Source: Octopus vulgaris (Eukaryota). From it: a DNA stretch of 64,000 bases. Below, piece by piece: positions 26,628 through 37,460 of the stretch. The translations under genes were made by a program, and so were the position numbers. Numbering within the stretch: the first letter of the stretch is position 1; each line of letters starts with the position of its first letter. The stretch is taken from assembly GCA_951406725.2 (NCBI GenBank), contig OX597817.1:169632001-169696000 (forward strand). Reading direction: 5' to 3'. The notes under the pieces are model-generated. The model was not told the DNA's origin. It did not search any database and saw only the letters and a program-made list of their open reading frames with translations.

Positions 26628-27475
26628 TCTTTATATATAAAAGAAAGGTTGTGTGTCTGTCTACTCCGATTTAGATTCCTAACTACTCCCACATTTTGTG
26701 ATGCAGTTTAACCAAAACCGAGTATCTTATAGTCGTGATTCATATCGAGCCCTTCTGGGTATTAGCGCGCGTCTACGATGAGTCTACGATTTTACAAATA
26801 ATTTACCATCATTTTTTCCCATTTTAATGCATTTTTTTAAAATTAAGGGAAGTAACTTTTTTAAAATTAAGGGAAGTAACTTTCAAACTTCACACCAATA
26901 TGCGTGCATGCGTGCATCAGCAGCATTTCCTCACACCCTCATTGCACTTGGCGAAGGCAAAATACCAGGGGATGAAAATGGTAATATTGCCATCGATTCC
27001 ATTTGTACCATTGTTAAGACACCTTCTGATCTCAGAGATGCAGTGTTCCAAGCTAATTATCAGAATATGGATTGGATTGGCAAAAAGGCTATACTGGCCC
27101 CAAAGAATAAAACTGTTCACCATATTAATGATGAAATGCTAAAACTCATTCCTGGGGAAGTCTATGTATATCAGTCTATCGATACAACTCCTGACCCAGA
27201 GGATGTCATCAACTATCCAATAGAGGTACTCAATTCCTTTGAGCACCCCGGACTACCACCACTCATTCTCAAACTTAAAGTTGGTGCCCCTATAATGCTC
27301 ATCAGAAATTTGGTTCCCCCAAAACAATGCAATGGCACACGTTTGATCGTTAAGTCCTTATCTCCCAGCGTAAACTTATATCAATATTTGCCTGAATAAT
27401 CATCATCATTCAGTGCAATCATTAACAGTACTTTCAAGTAATTCAGCCCCGAGCAACGTCGGGCAATTCTGCTAG
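26628..27475 (+). mobile_element. Non-autonomous Helitron carrying a PIF1-like helicase fragment
   Basis: 5' A|TC, 3' hairpin cccga-gcaacg-tcggg then CTAG|T; internal helicase ORF. Confidence 0.85.
26911..27370 (+). pseudogene. Helitron RepHel PIF1 helicase fragment
   Basis: AILAPKNKTVHHIN..YPIEVLNSFEHPGLPPLILKLKVGAPIMLIRNL..CNGTRLIV, typical of the PIF1 C-terminal half. Confidence 0.85.
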
Positions 27476-27491
27476 TCAGTAATAAAAATGT

Positions 27492-27853
27492 CTAGCTCTA
27501 TGACCTGGCAACGCCGGGTCATAGTGCTAGTGCATGCATATACAGCTGCATGCGTGCACACATACATGCGAGTACTGCCCAGATCTCCGACCAATCACAT
27601 ACAGCTAGCTGGCATTCAATTGGCGTATCAAGTTTCAGGCATTTTGATTGGGTTTTGGATAGAAAATTCACAAAAAAGTCACTTCTATTGATATTTTAAT
27701 GGCTTTGCGGGGTGACTGTGGAAATGTAAAGATGTGCATGACCACCTTTGGATGGTTTTGAATGACCAAAGAAAGTGCGAGCCCTCTAACTGAAAAATTG
27801 TGGATATGTATAAAGGACATGCACGCAGACATTTTGCCATTTATATATATAGA
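27492..27853 (-). mobile_element. Second non-autonomous Helitron-like element, tail-to-tail with the first
   Basis: Minus strand starts TCTATATATATAAA and ends in hairpin ctatgacccggc-gtt-gccaggtcatag followed by CTAG. Confidence 0.6.
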
Positions 27854-27879
27854 GTTGACAGGGATGATATTAATAGAAG

Positions 27880-28268
27880 TGGAGGCGCAATGGCCCAGTG
27901 GTTAGGGCAGTGGACTCACGGTCGTAGAATCGTGGTTTCGATTCCCAGACCGGGCGTTGTGAGTGTTTATTGAGCGAAAACACCTAAAGCTCCACGAGGC
28001 TCCGGCAGGGGATGGTGGTGATCCCTGTTGTACTCTTTCACCACAACTTTCTCTCACTCTTACTTCCTGTTTCTGTTGTACCTGTATTTCAAAGGGCCGG
28101 CCTTGTCACTCTCTGTGTCACGCTGAATATCCCCGGGAACTACGTTAAGGGTACACGTGTCTGTGGAGTGCTCAGCCACTTACACGTTAATTTCACGAGC
28201 AGGCTGTTCCGTTGATCGGATCAACCGGAACCCTCATCGTCGGAACCGACGGAGTGCTTCCATATTCC
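27880..28268 (+). mobile_element. SINE family C, full length
   Basis: 13-bp TSD atattaatagaag (27867-79, 28269-81). Confidence 0.9.
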
Positions 28269-28523
28269 ATATTAATAGAAGCAATGACAAGGATGATATC
28301 TAACAGAGGAACAAGACAAACATTTGAGTGAGGATCAGCAGTCCATTGTATTGACCCAAATACCTGACGGGTAATTTATTTTATTGAAACCTAGAAGGTT
28401 GAAAAGCAAATTTGACCTTGGTAGTATTTGAACTCAGGATGTAAAGATCTGGAAGAAACCCAGCAAAGTAATTTGTCCAATACTCAAACACTTCTGACGG
28501 TTCATAATAATTTCTTTTATTAA

Positions 28524-29565
28524 CCTGACACGTAAAAGCACCGTCCGTTCGTGGCCGTTTGCCAGCTCTGTCTGGCCCCGTGTCGGTGGCACGTAAAAGC
28601 ACCATCCGTTCGTGGCCGTTTGCCAGCTCTGTCTGGCCCCGTGCTGGTGACACGTAAAAGCACCATCCGTTCGTGGCCGTTTGCCAGCTCTGTCTGGCCC
28701 CGTGTCGGTGGCACGTAAAAGCACCATCCGTTCGTGGCCGTTGCCAGCTCTGTCTGGCCCTGTGTCGGTGGCACGTAAAAGCACCATCCGTTCGTGTCCG
28801 TTGCCAGCTCTGTCCTGGCCCCGTGCTGGTGACACGTAAAAGCACCATCCGTTCGTGGCCGTTTGCCAGCTCTGTCTGGCCCCGTGCTGGTGACACGTAA
28901 AAGCACCATCCGTTCGTGGCCGTTTGCCAGCTCTGTCTGGCCCCGTGCTGGTGACACGTAAAAGCACCATCCGTTCGTGGCCGTATGCCAGCTCTGTCTG
29001 GCCCTGTGTCGGTGGCATGTAAAAGCACCATCCGTTCGTGTCCGTTGCCAGCATCTGTCTGGCCCCGTGCTGGTGACACGTAAAAGCACCATCCGTTCGT
29101 GTGCCAGTTGCCCAGCTCTGTCTGGCCCCGTGCTGGTGACACGTAAAAGCACCATCCGTTCGTGGCCGTTTGCCAGCTCTGTCTGGCCCCGTGTCGGTGG
29201 CACGTAAAAGCACCATCCGTTCGTGGCCGTTTGCCAGCTCTGTCTGGCCCCGTGCTGGTGACACGTAAAAGCACCATCCGTTCGTGTCCGTTGCCAGCAT
29301 CGCCTGGCCCCGTGCTGGTGACACGTAAAAGCACCATCCGTTCGTGGCCGTTTGCCAGCTTTGTCTGGCACCTGTGCAGGTGGCATGTAAAAAACACCCA
29401 CTACACTCGTGGAGTGGTTGGCGTTAGGAAGGGCATCCAGCCGTAGAACACTGCCAGATCTGACTGGGCCTGATGAAGCCTTCCAGCTTCACAGACCCCA
29501 GTTGAACCGTCCAACCCATGCTAGCATGGAAAGCGAACGCTAAATGATGATGATGATGATGATGA
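28524..29565 (+). mobile_element. RTE 3' end (family B) with expanded 61-bp minisatellite
   Basis: ~14 tandem units, then the standard family B terminus and (gat)n. Confidence 0.85.
28527..29380. repeat. 61-bp GC-rich minisatellite, ~14 copies
   Basis: Unit g(g/a)cacgtaaaagcaccatccgttcgtggccgtttgccagctctgtctggccccgtg(tc/ct)ggt. Confidence 0.95.
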
Positions 29566-29760
29566 ACCTCAGGGGTCTAAAAAGCTGGGGATTGAACAAA
29601 GAAGAAAAAAATACAATTGGGTGTTTAACAATGAATAAAAATAATACAAAAATCAACAAAATCAATAGAAAAACATTGAAATATCAAAGAAGATTTCCCG
29701 ATAGAGGAAACCCACTGGCATCGTCCATCTTGTAGAGTGAGTGCCTGGCAATATTCCACA

Positions 29761-30180
29761 GGCGTAGGAGTGGCTGTGTGGTAAGTAGCTTGCTTACCAA
29801 CCACATGATTCCGGGTTCAGTCCCACTGCATGGCACCTTGGGCAAGTGTCTTCTACTATAGCCTCGGGTCGACTAAAGCCTTGTGAGTTGATTTGGTAGG
29901 CGGAAACTGAAAGAAGCCCATCGTATATATGTATACATATATATATATATGTGTGTATGTGTGTGTGTGTTTGTGTGTCTGTGTTTGTCCCCCCACCCTC
30001 CAACATCTCTTGACAACTGATGCTGGTGTGTTTACGTCCCCATAACTTAGCAGGGCAGCAAAAGCGACATGTAGAATAAGTACTAGGCTTACAAAGAATA
30101 AGTCCTGGGGTCGATTTGCTTGACTAAAGTCGGTGCTCCAGCATGGCCACAGTCAAATGACTGAAACAAATAAAAGAGAG
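29761..30180 (+). mobile_element. SINE family A, full length
   Basis: ggcgtaggagtggctgtgtggtaag..ccgggttcagtccc..internal TA/TG tract..gactgaaacaaataaaagag. Confidence 0.9.
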
Positions 30181-30189
30181 CAAAAAGGG

Positions 30190-31850
30190 TATGCCAAACA
30201 GCCAACCTTGGCCTTCATATGGCTCAGAAATGCAGCCAGGAAATAGGGATGAGCTGCAGGAAAGGAAGAAATCCCATTACATGAAAGATGTTTACATCTT
30301 TTTCTGTTATTGTGGAAGTGGCCCAGAAATCTCTGCAGGTGTATCAGTCTCAGTACCAGTTAATACATCATCAGTGATGGTATTCTGTGACTCCCAAGTA
30401 ATGAATGCTGGAAGCAGGTTGATCTCCTGACTAGTGGAACCTATCCAATCTCCAAGAAATGAAAGAACATGGGCTCTAATCTGCCTAGATCTTTCCTTGA
30501 ACAAAGCATGACTGTCAGACAATACTACATTACTAAATCAATGTAGATGTTAACCACTTCTTCTCAGCTCATTTCTAAATGAGATTTCTCTCCTCATTTG
30601 CAATCTTCAAAATTTTCTCTCTCTGGAGGTCCGTTTCTAACCAATTCCCAAGTACTTTAACTGGATTGTAGGTCCAGCAACAAAAGCTGATATTGGTCCC
30701 TGTAGGCATCAAGTTGCACATTCCCTGACTTTATTTTTTTTTGGTTAATATGCATCCCCTAAAATGTTCCTGGTACTCTCCCAGAATGGTGGCAATTACC
30801 TTGAATTCCGATATGTCTGACGCTCTGGCCTTGATGTCATCTGCTCAAGCAGATACACCTTTCCTATGTCCCTATGAAAATGAGAAGCCCTCAAAGTCTA
30901 TAACATCTGAAAAAATATTCCCAATGCCAAAATGTACAGGAAAGAAGAGAGAGAGAGAGTGAGAGAGAGCATCCTGGACAGACAAGCACACAATGTGAAA
31001 TGGTTCCAAGAGGTAGCCATTTATTTTGACCATTAAATAGATGTCTTCTGAGTTGTAGCAATCTAGTCTCTGGAGCCAAGTGGTGGTGGTTGATTCTGTT
31101 GTGAGTTTTAAACTGACCCAAACTGATCAATGCCACACCAAAGCCATAGCTTTTCTTGATCTACCTTATGATGTGTCACACGAAGTAGAAAATGTTGAGG
31201 TTAGATCAACCAAGATTTGAGTATCTCTGACTACACTATTGAGGACAAGAGGCAACCTCTCAGCAAGCAATTACGTAACAACCTTCAAGTCTGTTATTTA
31301 GTAGTGTTAACAACCTTATATTGTTTATCATGTTTCCCTTGTTTCAGTCTTTTTTTGGCAACATCACAACTCACCATTTGATCTGACTGAGAATATTCCT
31401 AATCTACTGCCAGATGTAGTCAACAGTAGCAAACACATCTGGTATGTGAAGCAGACAAAGAATCCAAGGCAGCAAGCTGGCAGAATCGTTAACACACCAG
31501 GCAAAATGCTTAGCCGTATTTTCTCTGTCTTTACATTCTGAGTTCAAATTCCGTCGAGATCAACTTTGCCTTTCATTCTTTCAAGGTCGATAAATTAAGT
31601 ACCAGTAACGCACTGGGGTCGATTTAATCAACTGGCCGCCCCCCCAAAAATTTCGAGCCTTGTGCCTAGAATAGAAAAAAAAGAATCCAGTGATGGTGAT
31701 TTATTTCTCACATAGCAGCTCAACATGCCCACCACCTTGTTCCTTGAAATCAGTTTTGCTGCAGCACTTTGGGACCTGATTGATGCAGTGACAATATATA
31801 GTTGTTGAAGTTCACTGTCTCCAGTCTGTTGTTTATTGTGAAACTTTGGG
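30190..31850 (-). mobile_element. L1/Tx1-clade LINE reverse transcriptase relic (interrupted by family F SINE at 31468-31682)
   Basis: Degenerate motifs in correct order: LLITDLKVV..LAERLPLVL, ALISLGQFKTHNRINHHHL (cf. LDQSKAFDRVDH), PGCSLS (QGCPLSP), VSA*ADDI (YADD), PVKVLGNWLETDLQREK. Confidence 0.7.
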
Positions 31851-32209
31851 AAAGTGCAGTTTCGGGGTCGATAAATTAACTACCAGTTGCATACTGGGGT
31901 TGATCTAATCAACTGGCCCTCTCCCCAAAATTTTGGGCCTTGTGCCTAAAATAGAAAAAAAAAAGAATCCAGGAACAACCGATAGTGCCATGCCAACATA
32001 CAATGGAAGTGTATGATAAAGAAACAAATGTTTTGAAATAATGTGTTTAAGACAATTATTATTACCAACATTAGAATATAAAATACCTAAAAGAATATAT
32101 GAAATAAAAAAAAAAAAAACTTATACATGAATATAATTTATTGGTATTGCTAAAAAATAAGAGGCAAAATATTAATGGTAAGACTTGGTAGAGTGTTAGG
32201 AAAATACAT

Positions 32210-32215
32210 TTTATT
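32210..32215 (-). promoter_or_regulatory. Candidate polyadenylation signal for the minus-strand gene (a second one at 32137-32142)
   Basis: AATAAA on the minus strand ~170 nt downstream of the stop codon; weak evidence in AT-rich DNA. Confidence 0.3.
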
Positions 32216-32383
32216 TCTGTCACAAAATAACTGAGTAATTTTGGAAAAGTAATATTTAAAGTTACCAGAAACTAGTGCAAAGTAAGTCAGTAAGATTTGT
32301 TGTGTGAGATATTGATATTTAAAGAACACATTGAATAGATGAACTGCTGTTAACAGGATTCTGTAGTGATTTAAAACAGGTTG

Positions 32384-32566
32384 TTATGTAGCTGCTTCTG
32401 AGACTTCAACATCTGCCGATTCTGTGTGAGAGTTGATAATATCACACTGTATCATCTGATCAGTTTGTGGGAAAACAATTGGTGATGTAGAAGCATCGAC
32501 AACATTCTGTTGAAAATCTGTCTGAGTTTGAGCATCGATTCGTGGTGAGGACAAAGGAGTTAAATA
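32384..32566 (-). CDS. Terminal coding exon of an unidentified gene (disordered C-terminus with TQT motif)
   Basis: Acceptor ttttactgcttcag|; phase 0; YLTPLSSPRIDAQTQTDFQQNVVDASTSPIVFPQTDQMIQCDIINSHTESADVEVSEAAT*. Confidence 0.75.
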   Translation of the reverse strand, partial: YLTPLSSPRIDAQTQTDFQQNVVDASTSPIVFPQTDQMIQCDIINSHTESADVEVSEAAT

Positions 32567-32797
32567 CTGAAGCAGTAAAACAGAGATATATTAATAAAAA
32601 TCATGAAACAACAGGCGCAGGAGTGGCTGTGTGGTAAGTAGCTTGCTAACCAACTACATGGTTCCGGGTTCAGTCCCACTGCGTGGCATCTTGGGCAACT
32701 GTCTTCTGCTATAACCCCGGGCCGACCAATGCCTTGTGAGTGGATTTGGTAGACGGAAACTGAAAGAAGCCTGTCATATATATGTATATATATATAT

Positions 32798-32929
32798 ATT
32801 TATTTTATAGAAGGAGCTTCTACAGGACTAGAACTGTTTCATTCAGATGAAATCTTCAGGAAGCTTCCTGAAGATTTCATCTGAATGAAACAGTTCTAGT
32901 CCTGTAGAAGCTCCTTCTATAAAATAAAT
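32798..32929. repeat. Perfect 132-bp palindrome with no spacer
   Basis: 66-bp arms checked base by base; centre aag|ctt at 32863/32864. Confidence 0.95.
32863..32911 (+). ncRNA. Type I hammerhead ribozyme motif (identical mirror copy on the minus strand at 32816-32864)
   Basis: gcttc CTGAAGA t ttc atct gaa t GAAA cag ttctagtc ctg TA gaagc. Stem I gcttc/gaagc, stem III ACAG/CTGT, GUA triplet; U-U at the base of stem II. Confidence 0.7.
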
Positions 32930-32994
32930 TACTTTACTCTGCTATGTATTGAGTACCTTATTTACTGTGGTTAACCCCGACTCAACCCGGGACC

Positions 32995-33051
<57 letters not shown>

Positions 33052-33574
33052 CTGTGTTTGTCCCCCTAGTATTGCTTGACAACCGATGCTAGTGTGTTTA
33101 CGTCCCCGTCACTTAGCGGTTTGGCAAAAAGGGACCGACAGAATAAGTACTGGGCTTAGAAAGAATAAGTCCCGGGGTCGATTTGCTCGACTAAAGGCGG
33201 TGCTCCAGCATGGCCGCAGTCAAATGACTGAAACAAGTAAAAGAGTAAAGAGTAAAGAGTAACACAAAACAAAACAGACACTGACATATTTTGTAGCAGC
33301 AATTCTAAATAACTATAAAGCATTAAAAGAATAAGTAATTCTATACAAGTTGTACCTAATCAATAAGAACAGAAATTGATGCTGATGTTGACAAAGAAAT
33401 CAATCTTATTTCATAATTGCAGTCAGCTTTAATGTAGAATATAAAACAGGAATTCTCTTTAAGATACACCAGTTGCATCAACATATGATAAAAATACCCT
33501 GACAGAGATTTGAATTAATTTATAAATTCAAGTACATATTTATATGTATATACTGAAATATATTTAACCATCGA

Positions 33575-33831
33575 TTGGCCTCCGTGCTGTGGGCACGTAA
33601 CAAACACCATCTGATCGTGGCCGTTTGCCAGCCTCGTCTGGCACCTGTGTCGGTGGCACATAAAATCACCCACTACACTCTCGGAGTGGTTGGCATTAGG
33701 AAGGGCATCCAGCTGTAGAAACACTGCCAGATCTGACTGGCCTGGTGCAGCCTTCTGGCTCCCCAGACCCCAGTTGAACCGTCCAACCCATGCTAGCATG
33801 GAAAGCGGACGTTAAACGATGATGATGATGA
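33575..33831 (+). mobile_element. RTE 3' end (family B)
   Basis: Standard terminus ggacgttaaac(gat)n. Confidence 0.8.
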
Positions 33832-34181
33832 TTTCTTATAAATAGATGCAGTTGTCTGCAAGGATACAGAAATTTCAAAACAGGCAATAGATTTTTCAGA
33901 AACGGTGGAGCATCAGACAAAACACCTTAAAATGTTTAATCAAACTACTTCAAATTCTTATTTTAAGTCCTGCAAAATTTGCCTTTGTTTTTACATTCTA
34001 CTGAGGTCAATTATAAAACGTACCAGCTGAGTGGTGGGATCAATATGTTTGATTGGGCCAATCCTGATCAATTTCTGGTTTTATTACCTCATTAGAAATC
34101 ATTACTGTCATAGCCATCCCTGTCACCTGCACAGCTGCCATTATAGATATTGTCATCATAATTATCATCATCTTTACTATT

Positions 34182-34530
34182 GTGAAGGTGCATGGCTCAG
34201 TGGTTAGAGCGTCGAGCTTACGATCATGAGGTTGTGAGCTCGAATCCCGGACCGGGCTGCGTGTTGTGTTCTTGAGCAAGGCACTTTATTTCACGTTGCT
34301 CCAGTTCACTCAACTGTAGAAATGAGTTGTGCTGTCACTGATGCCAAGCTGTATCGCCCCCTTTGCCTTTCCCTTGGATAACACTGGTGGCGTGGAGAGG
34401 GGAGGCTGGTATGCATGGGCGACTGCTGGTCTTCCATAAAACAACCTTGCCCGGACTTGTGTCTAGGAGGGTAACTTTCTAGGTGCAATCCCATGGACAG
34501 TCATGACCGAAGGGGGTCTTTACTCCTTTA
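34182..34530 (+). mobile_element. tRNA-derived SINE family E
   Basis: tggctcagtggttagagcg..gagctcgaatccc A/B boxes; homologous to the copy at 63774. Confidence 0.8.
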
Positions 34531-34746
34531 CTAGAATGGCAGATTGGCAGAATAATTAGAGCACCAGAATAAATGCCTTGTCATACTACTTCTAGCTCTT
34601 TAGATTCTAAGTTCTAATCTTGCTGGAGTCAAATTGCCTTTCATCCTTTCTGGGTCAATAAAACAAGAACCATTTGAATACTGAGGTTGATGTAATTGAT
34701 TTACTCCCTGCCCCAAATCTGATGGCTTTGTACCATAATTCAAAAC

Positions 34747-34834
<88 letters not shown>

Positions 34835-34836
<2 letters not shown>

Positions 34837-35069
34837 TCATTTAGCGTCCAATTTCCATGCTAGCATGGGTTGGACGGGTCAACTGGGGTCTGTGAAGCTG
34901 GAAGGCTTCCAGCACGGGGCCAGGCGAGGCTGGCAACGAACACGAACGGATGGTGCTTTTACGTGCCACCGACACGGGTGCCAGACAGAGCTGGCAAACG
35001 GCCTCAAGCGAATGGTGCTTTTACGTATCACCGACACGGGTGCCAGACGAGGCTGGCAGCGGACACGAA

Positions 35070-35070
<1 letters not shown>
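34835..35070 (-). mobile_element. RTE 3' end (family B), internally deleted
   Basis: catttagcgtccaatttccatgctagcatggg plus internal repeats. Confidence 0.75.
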
Positions 35071-35103
<33 letters not shown>

Positions 35104-35722
35104 TAACTTTTTAGAGCTCTCGGTCCTACTTGCTCTGGTTGATTCTGTGAGAACAGACAGCAATCTATTGCAGTAGGAGCAGTCCGCCCTGGGCAGCACT
35201 TTTCATCCTGTTGTAGGCTATTGCTGCAGGCAATATGAGATTTTTGTGGGGTCCAGGGGTGGCAAACGGAAGGGCCGCTCCAGCAACACACACTCTAGCT
35301 AAGCTAGTGCCTTTAGGTAACATTTTAGGTGCACCAATTACTACAGGAATAATTATATTCTTAGTCTTCCACAGTCTCTTCAGCTCTCGGGTTAGATCCG
35401 GATATTTCTTGATTTTTTTCAATTTCTTTAATATTGACTCTGTTATCATAGGGAATTACAAAATCTATAATCTATGTATTTATTTAGTCCCTTATTATCA
35501 TATCTGGTCTTCTTGTTTCAATAGTATAGTCAGTCTTTATGGGGAAGCCCCATAAGACCTTGTAATTCTCAGCTTCTGCTTTGTCTCCATACCACTTTTC
35601 TGTTATTTTGAAGTTACACACATCAGCTAACGTCCCAACGCACTCTTTTACCTGCAGTTACAGCTGCATTTATACTCTTTTTGTGCTGATATACCACAAA
35701 CACTCAATAGATAATTGATACT
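35104..35722 (-). mobile_element. R4/Dong-like LINE 3' relic (restriction-like endonuclease domain)
   Basis: KVLWGFPIKTD..ETRRPDMII..KIKKYPDLTRELKRLWKTK..IPVVIGA; 3' end abuts (AAT)n. Confidence 0.75.
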
Positions 35723-35857
35723 TTCATCATCATCATCATCATAATCATCACCATCATTATTCTCAGTAGTACACTGTCACATCATCAAATACTGATTCTT
35801 TGTACCCTATTTCTGGCAGTAACATTTGTTGGTTTCCTCTCAAAAGCCTTTCTTTAG

Positions 35858-36079
35858 CCCTTTCGTTACCAACCCGGCTGAAACCGGCTCTGGCTCTGAG
35901 TACAAATATCCTGTTTTTGTAAGTTTTGAATTAAAATCTTCCACCAAACCTTAGTCACAATTTATGGTTCCTAACACTAGCTGAATGATAACCAAGTTAT
36001 TTTACTAAATTCTTTGTTATATTTAAAACTAATTGAAAGGACAACAGAACATCTCAAAATAAATACAGTAACGAAAGGG
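35858..36079. mobile_element. piggyBac-type MITE, copy 1
   Basis: TIR ccctttcgttac / gtaacgaaaggg; flanks ttag / ttaa. Confidence 0.75.
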
Positions 36080-36294
36080 TTAAAAAAGGAAGTTTGTGCC
36101 ATAGAACCAGAGGTGGCAGATGATTATGGAACTGACATGAGAAAAGACATACCTATGTAAACATTCTTTAGTGACTGCTGTTTCATTTAACCTTTCTAGG
36201 CTTTTTTTTTTTTTTTAAAATATTATTATGGTGGCATTTGAAGCATAAATTAATATGAAATTCTGGTGGGAGGTTTTAACTAAGAACACTTTAA

Positions 36295-36515
36295 CCCTTT
36301 CGTTACCAACCCGGCTGAAACCGGCTCTGGCTCTGAGTACAAATATCCTGTTTTTGTAAGTTTTGAATTAAAATCTTCCACCAAACCTTAGTCACAATTT
36401 ATGTTCCTAACACTAGTTTAATGATAACGAAGTTATTTTACTAAATTCTTTGTTATATTTAAAACTAATTGAAAGGACAACAGAGCATCTCAAAATAAAT
36501 GCAGAAACGAAAGGG
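36295..36515. mobile_element. piggyBac-type MITE, copy 2
   Basis: TTAA-ccctttcg ... cgaaaggg-TTAA; near-identical to copy 1. Confidence 0.8.
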
Positions 36516-37273
36516 TTAAACTACATGTAGGTCTCATGTGGCAATTATTATTATTTCTCCATTGTTTTCTTAAACACCGGAATATGAAGATGATGCAAGT
36601 GAGAGGTACCAACAGTTTTAATCAGTCTAACAGCAGTAATAAAGCAATTAGCAGAATCATTAAAGCACCAGACAAAATGCCTATAGTATTTAGCTACAAC
36701 CATTCTGAGTTCAAAATCTTGCCAAGGGCCAGCTTTGTTCTTCATCCTTCTGGGCTCAAGAAACTAATGTACCTGTCAATTATAGGGGTTAATTTGCATT
36801 CTTATTATGCATTATAGATGTGAATGGAATTATAATAGGACTTAGAATAAGATTTAAATAGACAACATTGAACAGATGTAGAACTAGAAAAAGTTAGTAG
36901 TTATGTAGGTTTTAATCTTCATGTCAAAGACATTGTAATTGTAATAGATTATATACAATCTTTTATGTAAAATTGAGTGTCTGACATCTGGTTTCAACTG
37001 TCGCCAATTTTAAAGACATTTTCAAATTATTGGTCATTTGAAATCTTGTTATTTTGACAGTTTCAGCATATACCTATGTCTCCAGAACCACTTTCTGGGA
37101 TAACTGACGTGAATTAGCTAATTAATTTGTGTCACAATTTCTATTAAGAACTCAGAAAGCTGAACATTCAATTTCATTTCCATTTCACTTGTAATAAACA
37201 ACTAGAATTAGCTGTTGTGCTTTCCATTTTTGCTATGGTGATGTACATCATACCAAAACTCAATCACAATCCT

Positions 37274-37356
<83 letters not shown>

Positions 37357-37460
37357 TATAATAATAATAATAATAATAATTTACTCCAGTGTCACTTTGA
37401 TGGCATGCACTGCTCACTCACTCAATAATAATAATAATGATAATAATAATAACAATAATT

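Larger units (their letters stand above)
32614..33260 (+). mobile_element. SINE family A with a palindromic element nested in its internal (TA)n
   Basis: Head at 32614, (agagtaa)n tail at ~33260, insert at 32798-32997. Confidence 0.9.

Noticed and set aside
28527-29380. CRISPR-like array / long repetitive ORFs (338, 296, 293 aa)
   Set aside because: Units are contiguous with no unique spacers, no cas genes, eukaryotic context; the ORFs arise from a stop-poor 61-bp unit in an RTE 3' UTR
30307-31136. 71- and 81-aa minus ORFs as host-gene exons
   Set aside because: They lie downstream of the gene's stop codon, within the L1/Tx1 reverse transcriptase relic
37074-37159. Possible extra minus-strand exon (ttcag| ... 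ag|gta)
   Set aside because: All three frames hit stops within 14 codons; could only be an alternative terminal exon, with no support
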